From contig MGSS01000144.1 of the NCBI GenBank assembly GCA_001798595.1, forward strand, positions 14,032-78,031: a stretch of 64,000 nt of DNA, written 5' to 3'. The position numbers and the translations under genes were made by a program. This document shows positions 1 to 8,900 of this stretch, one piece after another. Each line of letters opens with the position of its first letter. The stretch's first letter is position 1. This DNA is from Deltaproteobacteria bacterium RIFCSPLOWO2_12_FULL_60_19. GTDB lineage: Bacteria; Desulfobacterota; Binatia; UBA9968. The notes below the pieces were generated by a model. That model searched no databases. It saw nothing but the letters and a program-made list of their open reading frames with translations, and had not been told where the DNA came from.

Positions 1-297
1 CAGGCGACCGAGGAGCGTGACCGGAACGACGGGATAGGCCGGAAGCTTTTTGGCCACGTCAAGGGGCAAGTCGCCGAGATCAATTCCAAATGATGACAAG
101 GTATAATAGCCTAAGATGATGTTGGGGTGGGTCGAGACAAGGACAAAGGGCGCAGCCACGCGGCGACGCATATCCTGGCCAGCCTGTTCTTTCAGATAGT
201 GGTCGAGGGAGTCATTGCCGCACGAGAAAGCGGCGCGGTCATGGTGTCTGGCAAGCGGTTCGACACGCCATGAGGACGGCTCGCTTTCAGGGAGCAT
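1..297 (-). CDS. GNAT-family N-acetyltransferase toxin (TacT-like), 3'-partial at window edge
   Basis: Manual translation of the minus strand from ATG at 295-297 gives MLPESEPSSWRVEPLARHHDRAAFSCGNDSLDHYLKEQAGQDMRRRVAAPFVLVSTHPNIILGYYTLSSFGIDLGDLPLDVAKKLPAYPVVPVTLLGRL. This is the typical N-terminus of GNAT toxins paired with DUF1778 antitoxins. The start overlaps the antitoxin stop (TAGATG). Confidence 0.7.
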   Translation of the reverse strand, partial: MLPESEPSSWRVEPLARHHDRAAFSCGNDSLDHYLKEQAGQDMRRRVAAPFVLVSTHPNIILGYYTLSSFGIDLGDLPLDVAKKLPAYPVVPVTLLGRL

Positions 298-606
298 CTA
301 CCTCGCCCGTGATCCTGCGTAGCGGCGTGCAGCCTTGCGGAGCCGGGAAGATGGCGCCTCAGGCTTGAGAAGCGTAGCGACGAAAGCTTCACGGTCGCGG
401 GCGCTCAAAGTCATGACCTCGTGCTCGTGTACGGTGCGCACAGCGACTTCATAAGCGCTGCTGACCACAAAATCGGTCATGGTGCGCCCGGTGATTGCTG
501 CGGCGCGCAAAAGGAAGGCTTTCTGATCAGCCGTGATGCGCGTTTCAAGCCGCTCCTTCTTTGCCGTGTGGTTACCCTGGGTTTCGTGTGTTTGTCTAGC
601 TGCCAT
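298..606 (-). CDS. DUF1778-family (TacA/ribbon-helix-helix-like) antitoxin
   Basis: 102-aa ORF with ITADQKAFLLRAAAITGRTMTDFVVSSAYEVAVRTVHEHEVMTLSARDREAFVATLLKPEAP, the characteristic DUF1778 antitoxin pattern. It lies immediately upstream of, and translationally coupled to, the GNAT ORF. Confidence 0.75.
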   Translation of the reverse strand: MAARQTHETQGNHTAKKERLETRITADQKAFLLRAAAITGRTMTDFVVSSAYEVAVRTVHEHEVMTLSARDREAFVATLLKPEAPSSRLRKAARRYAGSRAR

Positions 607-697
607 AGTCTTTTCTCCGGACTGGAGCGATTGTACGGCTATATGCCGTACATGTCAAGGGTGCTGCTAGAAGTTTCAGCGCGTGCCGGGGAGGGAC

Positions 698-754
698 CTC
701 GAAATCAAGTTCACCCACAGGGTGACGGGGGTTCGAATCCCTCCCTCTCCGCCA
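698..754 (+). other. Orphan 3' fragment of a tRNA-Ser gene (half anticodon loop, variable arm, T-arm, acceptor 3' strand and CCA); no 5' half
   Basis: GGGGGTTCGAATCCCTCCCTCTCCGCCA matches the T-arm/acceptor/CCA of the intact tRNA-Ser at 1307-1399. A long variable arm (TCACC-CACAG-GGTGA) is present. The sequence upstream of ~698 cannot form an anticodon stem, D-arm or 5' acceptor strand. Confidence 0.55.
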
Positions 755-783
755 AAACTCTTTCCTCTGCCGCCGCGCTTCTC

Positions 784-1128
784 TCAGAAATTATAAGCCA
801 AAGTTTTGAGCGCGAAGTTGACCACGCTCAGCACAATCGCGCCCAGGATGGCGGGGAGGAAGCCTTGCACGGAGAAGCCGGGCACCAGGGCGGCGGCCAG
901 CTTGAGCATCAGGGCGTTGACCACGATCAGAAAGAGCCCGAAGGTGAGGAAGGTCAGCGGCAAGGTTAAAATCTTCAGGAGAAATCCCAGCGTGGCGTTG
1001 ACCAAGCCGACGACCAACGCGGCGATCAACGCCGCGCCGAAGCCTCTCACGTTGAATCCGGGGACGATGTGGGCCACGATCAACAAGCTCAACGCGCCCA
1101 GGAACCAGTGGGCGATCACGTACATCAT
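784..1128 (-). CDS. Small 4-TM membrane protein, phage-holin-family-4-like (Phage_holin_4_2/DUF360-type)
   Basis: 114-aa hydrophobic ORF with duplicated VPGF..GF motif halves (HIVPGFNVRGFGAALIAALVVGLVNA ... ALVPGFSVQGFLPAILGAIV), typical of this family. Confidence 0.5.
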   Translation of the reverse strand: MMYVIAHWFLGALSLLIVAHIVPGFNVRGFGAALIAALVVGLVNATLGFLLKILTLPLTFLTFGLFLIVVNALMLKLAAALVPGFSVQGFLPAILGAIVLSVVNFALKTLAYNF

Positions 1129-1306
1129 CGCGCAGGAGCCTCCTCTCTTGCCCGATTTCCAATCGACGATAGCCGCCGGTCAAGCCGAATACTAACGCGA
1201 ATCGCATTCCGATCCAAGAGGACGTTGCGATCACGGAACAAACTTCCTTCCGATATTTTTATGTGTTATTAGTTGCAGAGTAATGATCGGCTGTGAGCGG
1301 TCTGCG

Positions 1307-1399
<93 letters not shown>

Positions 1400-1475
1400 G
1401 TATTTAAAAAAGACGTGTCTCGTGTTCGTGTTCGGTGCGGGGATGCCGGTCACGATCACGTTTTCACGAGCACGA

Positions 1476-2177
1476 TCACGGTTTTCCCCCCGTCGGCAAT
1501 ACCAGCCTGTAGCCGATGCCCGGCTCGGTCCTGAGAAGTCTTTCCTTGGCGTTGGGCGCTTCGATCTTTTTACGCAAGTGGTTCACATACACCCGCAGAT
1601 ATTGGGATTGCTCTTCCGCATTGGGTCCCCAGACCTCCCGCAATAACTGTTTGTGCGTCACTACCTTGCCCGCGTGCTGCGCCAGAACTTTGAGTAGAGC
1701 GTATTCCGTCGCGGTGAGTTTCACTTCCTGCTTGTTGACGGTGATGGTATGGCTGCTGAAATCGACGGCCAGATGTCCAGCCTGGAAGTAGGGCTCGTCT
1801 TTCTCGGTGGACGAGCGCCTCTGGATCGCCCTTAGGCGGGCGAGCAGCTCCGGCGAGTCGAACGGCTTGGTCACATAGTCGTCCGCTCCCGCGTCCAGCG
1901 CGGCGACCTTCTCTTCGGCGCCGGCCTTCACCGTGAGCACCAATACAGGCACGCGGCTCCATTCGCGCAGGCGCCGGAGCGCGGTCAGCCCGTCGACCTT
2001 CGGCAGGCCGAGATCGAGCAGAACGACGTCGGGCCGGCGGAGCGCGATGTCCGACAGGCCCTGCTCGCCGGTGTCCGCCTCCAGCACCCGGTAACCGTCG
2101 GTTTCGAGCACGACCCGGAGCAGCCGCCGGATCTGGACCTCGTCGTCGATGATGAGCGCCGTAACCTTTTCGCTCAA
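1476..2177 (-). CDS. kdpE: OmpR-family response regulator KdpE
   Basis: Receiver domain (LIIDDE...DVVLLDLGLP...LTVK) plus winged-helix C-terminus, with strong similarity to KdpE. It overlaps the upstream kinase by 4 bp. Confidence 0.8.
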   Translation of the reverse strand: MSEKVTALIIDDEVQIRRLLRVVLETDGYRVLEADTGEQGLSDIALRRPDVVLLDLGLPKVDGLTALRRLREWSRVPVLVLTVKAGAEEKVAALDAGADDYVTKPFDSPELLARLRAIQRRSSTEKDEPYFQAGHLAVDFSSHTITVNKQEVKLTATEYALLKVLAQHAGKVVTHKQLLREVWGPNAEEQSQYLRVYVNHLRKKIEAPNAKERLLRTEPGIGYRLVLPTGGKP

Positions 2178-3766
2178 GCCAGCTCCTCCAGCGCCTCGGC
2201 GCGCATGGTTTCGACCGGAATCGTCAGCGTGAATTCGGCTCCTCCCGTCTCGCGGTTGGCCGCGCGCGCAGAGCCTCCATGAGATCGCACAAAGTTATCC
2301 ACGATCGCGAGTCCGAGCCCCGTGCCGCCCGGAGGGGCGTCGGACGCGCGGTAGAACTTCTCAAAGATCCGCCGCAAGTCCGTTTCCTTCACGCCCGGCC
2401 CCTCATCGAGAATCGCAAGCGTGAGCCGGTCTCCGTCTAAAGCAGCGCGGACGGTGATGGTTGTGCCGGGCCTGCTCCAAGAGGCGGCGTTGAGGAGAAG
2501 GTTATAAAGGCATTGTTCGATCAGAGCTTGATCGAGTCTGACCATCGGAAGATCGTGATCGGCTTCTACCGCGATCTCGTGCTCGGCGACTCCATCACCG
2601 GCCAAGTCTATGGCGGCCTGGACGAGCTCGGCCACATCGCACCAGTCCAGCTTCGGCTGGATGACGCCGGCTTCGATGCGGGTCATGGTCAGGAGGTTGT
2701 CGATGACCCGGCGCAACCGTCGAACCGCGGATTGCACTTCCCGCAGCGTGGCGCGTTTTTCTTCGTCTCCGCCGAGCTGCCTCCCTAAAGCATCGATGCC
2801 GGCCTGCACGGCCGACAGGGGAGTCTTGAGTTCATGCGAGACGCTGTCGAGCAGCGCGCGTCTTAACCGCTCGGAGGCTTCGAGTACCTCGGCGCGTTTC
2901 ACGGCTTCAACCACATGATCTTTTTCCAGAATCAAGCCGATCAGTACCGCGAACGCTTCAAGGAGTTCTGTTTCGCCGCGATCGAGCGATTTTCCGGGAG
3001 CTCGACGAACGCACAACACGCCCATGACGGCGGTACGGCCCTGCAAAGGCAAACACCGGGCGCTCGAATCCCCGCGCGCTCCGATGAATCCGTCCGCCTG
3101 CGACGGATGATCGAAGGCCCATAGGGCAGCGGTCTTCTCCCTTTCAGAAAGAGTGAACGAGCTGGCCGGGTGCGCGAGCTCCGAGAGCGTGTGATCTTTT
3201 CGGCGCAGGAGGAGCGCGGCCTGCGCGCCCGAAACGGACGCGATCAAGCTCACGGCCGCACCGAGTCCGGTTTCCAGGTCCGTCGCAAAGGCCGCCTGAT
3301 GCGCCAGCTCATACAAGGCCGCGGTCCGCCGTTCGCGACGCCGCTCCGCCATTTCACTTGAGCGCAGGCGGCTGGCGAGGTGGCCCATCGCCATCGCGAC
3401 GACGAAGAACGTGGCGAACATCATCGCATCCTCAAGTCTGTCTATGTAAAAGGTGAAGTGAGGCGGAATGAACAGGAAATTCCAGACCAGGGCGCTGATC
3501 GCGGCCAGGATCAACACCGGGGCCCGTCCGAGCTTCAGAGCCGCAGCGACGATTAACAGCAGATAAAGCAGCGCGATCGATAGGTAGCCGGTGAAGGGCT
3601 CAAGGAGCAGGGACGCGACTGTCACCAAAACGACGAGAACTCCCGCCAGGGCGACCTGGTGAATAAAAGAAGCGCCGTTCAATCTTTCAACAGGCCGGTC
3701 CCTTCGGGTATCCTCGCGGGACTTGTCGGGCCGGGCCTCCGGGCTCGGCTGCGCGCCGTCCGCCAT
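2174..3766 (-). CDS. kdpD: KdpD-like sensor histidine kinase, C-terminal half only (4-TM + GAF + HisKA + HATPase)
   Basis: 530 aa. The 4-TM segment resembles the KdpD membrane domain. It is followed by SHELKTPL (H-box) and a DxGxG ATPase motif. The N-terminal KdpD/Usp sensor domains are missing from this polypeptide. Confidence 0.75.
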   Translation of the reverse strand: MADGAQPSPEARPDKSREDTRRDRPVERLNGASFIHQVALAGVLVVLVTVASLLLEPFTGYLSIALLYLLLIVAAALKLGRAPVLILAAISALVWNFLFIPPHFTFYIDRLEDAMMFATFFVVAMAMGHLASRLRSSEMAERRRERRTAALYELAHQAAFATDLETGLGAAVSLIASVSGAQAALLLRRKDHTLSELAHPASSFTLSEREKTAALWAFDHPSQADGFIGARGDSSARCLPLQGRTAVMGVLCVRRAPGKSLDRGETELLEAFAVLIGLILEKDHVVEAVKRAEVLEASERLRRALLDSVSHELKTPLSAVQAGIDALGRQLGGDEEKRATLREVQSAVRRLRRVIDNLLTMTRIEAGVIQPKLDWCDVAELVQAAIDLAGDGVAEHEIAVEADHDLPMVRLDQALIEQCLYNLLLNAASWSRPGTTITVRAALDGDRLTLAILDEGPGVKETDLRRIFEKFYRASDAPPGGTGLGLAIVDNFVRSHGGSARAANRETGGAEFTLTIPVETMRAEALEELA

Positions 3767-3770
3767 AAAA

Positions 3771-5825
3771 TCATTCTAACTTCCGCTTTTCGGGATTGCT
3801 ACCGCTCGGCGCGCGCGCCGTAGGCGGAATGAAAACGCGAATCGGCAGAATCATCATTTCTAAGCCTTCGAATTGAAGCCGCTGCTCCAGCGTGAAGGGC
3901 GTATGGTTGTGAAGCAAGCGGGTAAGAAAATTCTCCCTTTCAAAAACCAGCTTCCCGGCAAAAAAGACCGGCCTGGAGCAATCTCCGGCCACAGACCCGC
4001 ACAATTTCTCCAACTCTTCGATGAGGTCGATCCCTAGCGAATAACGATACTCCGCGTACCAGCCCAGGCAGTTGGCAAATTCCACGAAGCTTTTAAGATC
4101 CTCTTCCTTCGATCCACGCAAGTTGTCGATCTCGCTAAGTCCCTTGAATCGTCCGGAGTCGATTAGTCCAATCGAGACAAAGACGACGTTCTTGAAATGG
4201 TTCGGAAACAGCCGGGCAATGCTGAGCAGGGAATGAACTGCGAGCCCGTCGAAGTCCCTGACGATGAGGACGGCGGTGGGGGCATGCGGCTGCTTAGCCG
4301 GCACCGGATGTTTTAGGTCCGGCCGAAACGGGATATTGATCAGCGTTTCATCAAGGCTCTTCAGCGCCCGCTGCACCTGATCGTAATGCGCCCGGACTAT
4401 ATAGCAGAGAAGAATGAAGCCTGACGTCACCAGGAGCGTGACCCATCCTCCCTCGGCGAACTTGATGATTATCGTGACGATCAGAATAGTCGCCGTGAAC
4501 AACAAACCGAAACCATTCACCAAAAGTTTGCGCCGCCAAAGCTTCTCGGTTTTTCTTGATGCCCACCAATGGCGGCACATGCCCAGCTGAGAAAGGGTGA
4601 AGGTCAGAAAGACATTGATGCTATACATGACGACCAGCAGCCTTACGTCGCCGCCGGTATAAAGGAGAAACGCGACCGAGGCCAGACCCATGAACCAGAC
4701 GCCGTATTGCGCGACCAGGTGGTCGCTTAGATGGGAGAAGCGATGGGGAACCCACGAATCTACCGCCATGTTGGAAAGCACCCTTGGACCGTCGATAAAT
4801 CCGGCTTGCGCGGCGACGAGGAGGATGGTCGCCTCGGTGACCAGCGTTACGATCACCAGAGCGTACGCTGAGTCCGGCGAAAAGAAGTTCCCGTAGACTG
4901 TCGCGAAAAGACTGGCGTTCAAAGTTTTACCCGACTCATGGGAAACCCGGTTCAACAAGTAACAAACCAGAAGGCCGCTCGCCGTGAAGGCGAGGGACAC
5001 GGCCATGTAACGCATCGTTCTTTTCCCCGTCTCGACTCTGGGTTCGCGCAGGGCCTGAAGGCCGTTGCTGACCGCCTCGATGCCCGTGTAGGTGCCGCCG
5101 CCGAGACTATAGGCATGAAGAACGATAAAAACCGTCGTCCATAATCCCAGGGCTTGTATGTCTCCGAGCGTCTTCTGATAGGTGGCGGACGCGAGCGCGG
5201 GAATGTCCGCGGCCTTCGGGCCGACCCCCAGGCTGATCGCGAAAATGTGCGCGACGACAAAAAGGATAAAAATCGGCAGCAGAAAAAGAACCGATTCCTT
5301 GGTGCCGCGTAGATTCAGGTAGAGAAGCAGAAAAATCAAGCAAAATTCGACCGCCAGCTTTGTCCCGTGGATGGAAGCGGGCAGGAAGCTGAATATCTGG
5401 TCGCCGGCGCTGGCGACGGAGATAGTGATCGTCAGCATATAATCCACAATCAGGGCGGAGCCTGAGACCAGACCGACCTTTGGCCCCAAAAGTTTTGTCG
5501 CGACCAGATAGCCGCCGCCGCCCGTGGGGAACAGCTCGATGATGTGGCTGTAGCTCGCCGATATGACAAAGACGGTCAAGGCCATGAGAATCGCTAACGG
5601 AAGCGCGAGGAAAAAATGCTCTCCCAGGGCGAGGTACGCCTCCTCCGGCCCATACGCGGATGAGCTAAGACCGTCCGCGCCGAGACCGACCCACGCCAGA
5701 AAGGCGATGAGCGAGATCTGGTGGAAGACCTTCGGGTCCAGTGGATCTTTGGGCTTGCCGAACAATAGTGTCTTGAGGGATGGGCGCTCCGTTGCGCGCA
5801 ACGCATTTCCCGCTTTCACCCCCAC
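3771..5825 (-). CDS. APC-superfamily permease (12 TM) fused to a C-terminal cytoplasmic USP-like domain; candidate KimA-like K+ importer
   Basis: 684 aa. N-terminal ~450 aa has the APC-family TM pattern (LFPTGGGGYLVATKLLGPKVGLVSGSALIVDYMLTITISVASAGDQ). C-terminal ~220 aa is a soluble alpha/beta region (TAVLIVRDFDGLAVHSLLSIARLF...VVFVSIG). It lies directly upstream of kdpD-C/kdpE on the same strand. Confidence 0.55.
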   Translation of the reverse strand: MGVKAGNALRATERPSLKTLLFGKPKDPLDPKVFHQISLIAFLAWVGLGADGLSSSAYGPEEAYLALGEHFFLALPLAILMALTVFVISASYSHIIELFPTGGGGYLVATKLLGPKVGLVSGSALIVDYMLTITISVASAGDQIFSFLPASIHGTKLAVEFCLIFLLLYLNLRGTKESVLFLLPIFILFVVAHIFAISLGVGPKAADIPALASATYQKTLGDIQALGLWTTVFIVLHAYSLGGGTYTGIEAVSNGLQALREPRVETGKRTMRYMAVSLAFTASGLLVCYLLNRVSHESGKTLNASLFATVYGNFFSPDSAYALVIVTLVTEATILLVAAQAGFIDGPRVLSNMAVDSWVPHRFSHLSDHLVAQYGVWFMGLASVAFLLYTGGDVRLLVVMYSINVFLTFTLSQLGMCRHWWASRKTEKLWRRKLLVNGFGLLFTATILIVTIIIKFAEGGWVTLLVTSGFILLCYIVRAHYDQVQRALKSLDETLINIPFRPDLKHPVPAKQPHAPTAVLIVRDFDGLAVHSLLSIARLFPNHFKNVVFVSIGLIDSGRFKGLSEIDNLRGSKEEDLKSFVEFANCLGWYAEYRYSLGIDLIEELEKLCGSVAGDCSRPVFFAGKLVFERENFLTRLLHNHTPFTLEQRLQFEGLEMMILPIRVFIPPTARAPSGSNPEKRKLE

Positions 5826-5959
5826 ACGCTAACAAGCGGGGGAGCGATCGCCTAATTAAAAGCCCGCACAAAGGCGTAAAAAAAACATTAAAAAACTTCG
5901 CGGCTTTTGTCTTGATTCTTCCAATAGCTCGTCGTAGTCTGAGAATGTTTCCGGCATTC

Positions 5960-6098
5960 GGCCGGATGTCGATTGCTGATAGTCGGGTCCTGTGCAAGGC
6001 GGTCCCGCAAATCCCGTCAGGTCCGGAAGGAAGCAGCGGTAGCGGATCTACCCCTGTGCCACGGGGCAGCCCGGCTGTCAGCAATGGGCATCCTGTCC
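5960..6098 (+). ncRNA. ffs: SRP RNA (4.5S/ffs); ends approximate
   Basis: Contains the universally conserved domain IV motif GUCAGGUCCGGAAGGAAGCAGC (6015-6036). The flanking arms 5964-5982 and 6075-6093 are complementary (helix 5). Its location immediately upstream of dnaX matches the conserved ffs-dnaX-ybaB-recR synteny. A TTGATT-17-TAGTCT promoter-like pair lies at ~5911-5940. Confidence 0.6.
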
Positions 6099-6112
6099 TC
6101 GCTGCGCTCGGA

Positions 6113-6168
6113 ATCTCAGATTTCAAATCTCAGATCTGCAATCTGAAATTTGAGATTTGAGATCGCGG
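6113..6168. repeat. AT-rich imperfect palindrome (22-nt arms, 5-nt spacer) built from TCTCAGAT/TTTGAGAT units
   Basis: TCTCAGATTTCAAATCTCAGAT-ctgca-ATCTGAAATTTGAGATTTGAGA. The arms match at 19 of 22 positions and are unusually low in GC for this genome. It lies between ffs and the dnaX start. Confidence 0.5.
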
Positions 6169-6196
6169 GGCGAGGGGGGCTAGCTGAGGGGAGCGC

Positions 6197-7897
6197 ATGT
6201 CTTACCAAGTCATCGCCCGTAAATGGCGGCCGCAGTGTTTCGACGAGATCGTCGGCCAGGGCCACATCACCCGCGTCCTGCGCAACGCCATCCGCGGGGG
6301 CCGCATCGCGCACGCCTATCTTTTTACCGGCGTGCGCGGGGTGGGTAAGACCACGGCCGCGCGCATTCTCGCCAAGGCGCTCAATTGCGAGAAGGGGCCG
6401 ACCGCGGAGCCTTGCGGCGAGTGCGTTCAGTGCGTCGAGATCAAACAGGGCAACTCGATCGACGTCTACGAGATCGACGGGGCCTCGAACCGCGGCATCG
6501 ACGAGGTGCGCCAGATCATCGAGAACGTCCGCTACCAGCCCGCCAAGAGCCGCTTTAAAATCTACATCATCGACGAAGTGCACCAGGTTACGCGGGATGC
6601 CTTTAACGCGCTGTTGAAAACGCTCGAAGAGCCGCCGCCGTTCGTCAAATTCATTCTGGCGACCACCGAGCCGCAACGCCTTCCCGATACCATCCTGTCG
6701 CGCTGCCAACGCTTCGACTTCCGCCGTATCGCGGTGAGGGAGATCGTCGAGCGGCTGAAAAAGATCGCCGAAGCGGAATCGCTGCAAATTACAGATGGGG
6801 CACTCTTGCTGCTCGCGCGGGAGGCGGAAGGGAGCATGAGGGACGCGCAGTCGCTGCTGGAGCAGCTTCTGGCCTATGCCGGGTCCGAGGGCGAGAGCGA
6901 GGTCGGCAAGGCGGCGATCGACGAGCGGCGGTTGGAGGAGTTGCTGGGGATCGCGGAGCGGCGCGCGCTCTACGAGATCTCCCATGCCGTGATCCAGCGG
7001 GACGCCAAGCGATGCGTCGAGCTGGTGGCGGAGGTTATGAATCAGGGGCGTGACGTAACGCGCCTGTCACGCGACCTGGTGGAGCACTTTCGCAACCTGC
7101 TGATGGTCCGGCTGATACAAGACCGGGCGGCGGGAAGCGAAGAGCGCGGTCATCTCCTGGACCTCTCCGACCAGGAGATCGAGGAGCTGGGTCAACAGGG
7201 GAGCGCGCTTTCGGTCGACGCCTTGCTCGACTATTTCAAATTCATGGCCCAGGGCGACGAGGATACGGCGCGCTCCGCCTATCCGCGCTTTGCGCTCGAG
7301 GCGACGCTGATCCGGCTGGCGACGTTGCCGGAGACGATGCCGGTCGAAGAGGCGCTGGAGCGGCTGGAGGCGCTGGAAAGAAAGCTTGGCGGCGGCGCGG
7401 CGCCAAGATCCGCGCCTGCGGCGGAAAAGCCGCCGCCGGTCGTCAAAGCGGCAAGCGAGACCCGCCTTTCGGGCCACGGGCAGGCCGCAACGCCGGCGCC
7501 CGCGGCTACCGTGGCGGGCGAGTCGTCGCAAACCTGGAAGAGGTTCGTCGCCTTCGTCACGAAAGAGCGACGCATGCTGGCGGTGCATCTGGAGCAGGCC
7601 CAACTGCTGTCGCTGGCGCCAGGGCAGATGAGGCTCGGTGTGGAAGAAGGCCACCAGTTGAAATATCTCCAGGACGGGGAGCAGTTGTCGGCGCTGAAAG
7701 AGTTTGCGTGCCGCTTCTTCTCCGTCGAAACGGCGGTGTCGTTGACTGCGGTGCCGGCGAGAAGCCGGCAGAGCGAGGTTGAGAATTTGAACGTGTCGAA
7801 GGCGCCGAAAGTAGAAGAGGGGAACATGACCGACCTCGAGCGCGAAGCGATGCGTATTTTCGGCGGCTCGATGATTCAGGTGAAGAAGGAGCAGTAG
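6197..7897 (+). CDS. dnaX: DNA polymerase III subunits gamma/tau
   Basis: Walker A GVRGVGKTT, zinc module CGECVQC, and a clamp-loader AAA+ core. Confidence 0.9.
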   Translation: MSYQVIARKWRPQCFDEIVGQGHITRVLRNAIRGGRIAHAYLFTGVRGVGKTTAARILAKALNCEKGPTAEPCGECVQCVEIKQGNSIDVYEIDGASNRGIDEVRQIIENVRYQPAKSRFKIYIIDEVHQVTRDAFNALLKTLEEPPPFVKFILATTEPQRLPDTILSRCQRFDFRRIAVREIVERLKKIAEAESLQITDGALLLLAREAEGSMRDAQSLLEQLLAYAGSEGESEVGKAAIDERRLEELLGIAERRALYEISHAVIQRDAKRCVELVAEVMNQGRDVTRLSRDLVEHFRNLLMVRLIQDRAAGSEERGHLLDLSDQEIEELGQQGSALSVDALLDYFKFMAQGDEDTARSAYPRFALEATLIRLATLPETMPVEEALERLEALERKLGGGAAPRSAPAAEKPPPVVKAASETRLSGHGQAATPAPAATVAGESSQTWKRFVAFVTKERRMLAVHLEQAQLLSLAPGQMRLGVEEGHQLKYLQDGEQLSALKEFACRFFSVETAVSLTAVPARSRQSEVENLNVSKAPKVEEGNMTDLEREAMRIFGGSMIQVKKEQ

Positions 7898-7911
7898 AGA
7901 AAGGGGATTTT

Positions 7912-8238
7912 ATGGCCAAAGGGTTCGGCGGCATGGGTAATCTCTTGAAGCAGGCGCAAGAGCTCCAAACGAGGATGGCGCAGGCGCAGGAAGAGCTTGC
8001 CCGCAAGACGGTGGAGGCCGCCGCCGGAGGAGGGATGGTCAGAGTGACCGTAAACGGGCAGCTTGGGTTGTCGTCGATCCAGATCGACTCGGCCGTGGTC
8101 AATCCCCAGGAGACCGAGATGTTGCAAGATCTGGTTTTGGCGGCGGTCAACGAAGGGCTGCGCCGCGCCCGTGAAATGGCGGCTGAAGAGATGGGCAAAA
8201 TTACCGGCGGACTGAAGATACCGGGCTTAACACCCTGA
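7912..8238 (+). CDS. ybaB: YbaB/EbfC nucleoid-associated protein
   Basis: 108 aa beginning MAKGFGGMGNLLKQAQELQ, at the canonical position between dnaX and recR. Confidence 0.9.
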   Translation: MAKGFGGMGNLLKQAQELQTRMAQAQEELARKTVEAAAGGGMVRVTVNGQLGLSSIQIDSAVVNPQETEMLQDLVLAAVNEGLRRAREMAAEEMGKITGGLKIPGLTP

Positions 8239-8269
8239 ACGCCGACCTCTATCGTCGATCATTTGTACT

Positions 8270-8890
8270 ATGAGTAGCTATCCTGCGCCACTGGAACGTT
8301 TGATTCGCGAGCTGTGTAAGCTGCCCGGCATTGGAGAGAAGACGGCCGCCCGCCTGGCGTTCTTCATGCTCAAGGAGAACGCCGACGACGTGATGGCTCT
8401 CGCCGACAGCATCGGCAAGCTCAAGCAGGCGCTCGGCCTCTGCCGGACCTGTTTCGGGCTGTGCGAAATCGACTCGCGGCGCGACGGGGAGTTAAGCTGC
8501 CGGGTCTGCGAAGATCCGCGCCGGGAGCGGGAGAAGATCTGCGTGGTGGAAGAGCCGTCGGACGTGATGGCGGTGGAGAAGTCGCTGGAGTATAAGGGAC
8601 TGTACCACGTGCTTCACGGGACTATCTCGCCGCTCGACGGCGTCGGGCCGGACGCGCTCAAGATCCGCGAGCTGTTGGAACGCGTGAGAAATGCCGGGGT
8701 TCACGAGATCATCGTCGCGACCAATCCCACGGTGGAGGGGGAGGCGACCGCGCTCTACCTCTCGAAAGTGATCAAGCCGCTGGGGATCAGAGTGACGCGG
8801 ATCGCGCGCGGCTTGCCGATGGGCGGGGATATCGAATATACGGATGCGGTGACGCTCGGAAAGGCGTTGGAAGGAAGAAGGGAAATCTAG
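8270..8890 (+). CDS. recR: Recombination protein RecR
   Basis: LIRELCKLPGIGEKTAARLAFF helix-hairpin-helix, a C4 zinc finger (CRTCFGLCE..CRVC), and a Toprim domain. Confidence 0.9.
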   Translation: MSSYPAPLERLIRELCKLPGIGEKTAARLAFFMLKENADDVMALADSIGKLKQALGLCRTCFGLCEIDSRRDGELSCRVCEDPRREREKICVVEEPSDVMAVEKSLEYKGLYHVLHGTISPLDGVGPDALKIRELLERVRNAGVHEIIVATNPTVEGEATALYLSKVIKPLGIRVTRIARGLPMGGDIEYTDAVTLGKALEGRREI

Positions 8891-8900
8891 AGGAGGGGCT

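Noticed and set aside
687-754. Whether 687-754 is a complete, unusual tRNA
   Set aside because: Only the 3' ~57 nt satisfy tRNA geometry. No D-arm, 5' acceptor strand or pairing partner for the anticodon stem can be formed from the upstream sequence.
6116-6985. 289-aa minus-strand ORF overlapping the ffs region and the dnaX 5' half
   Set aside because: It is antisense to the strongly supported dnaX and its product is compositionally biased (Leu/Arg/Ala). It is a high-GC reverse-frame artefact.
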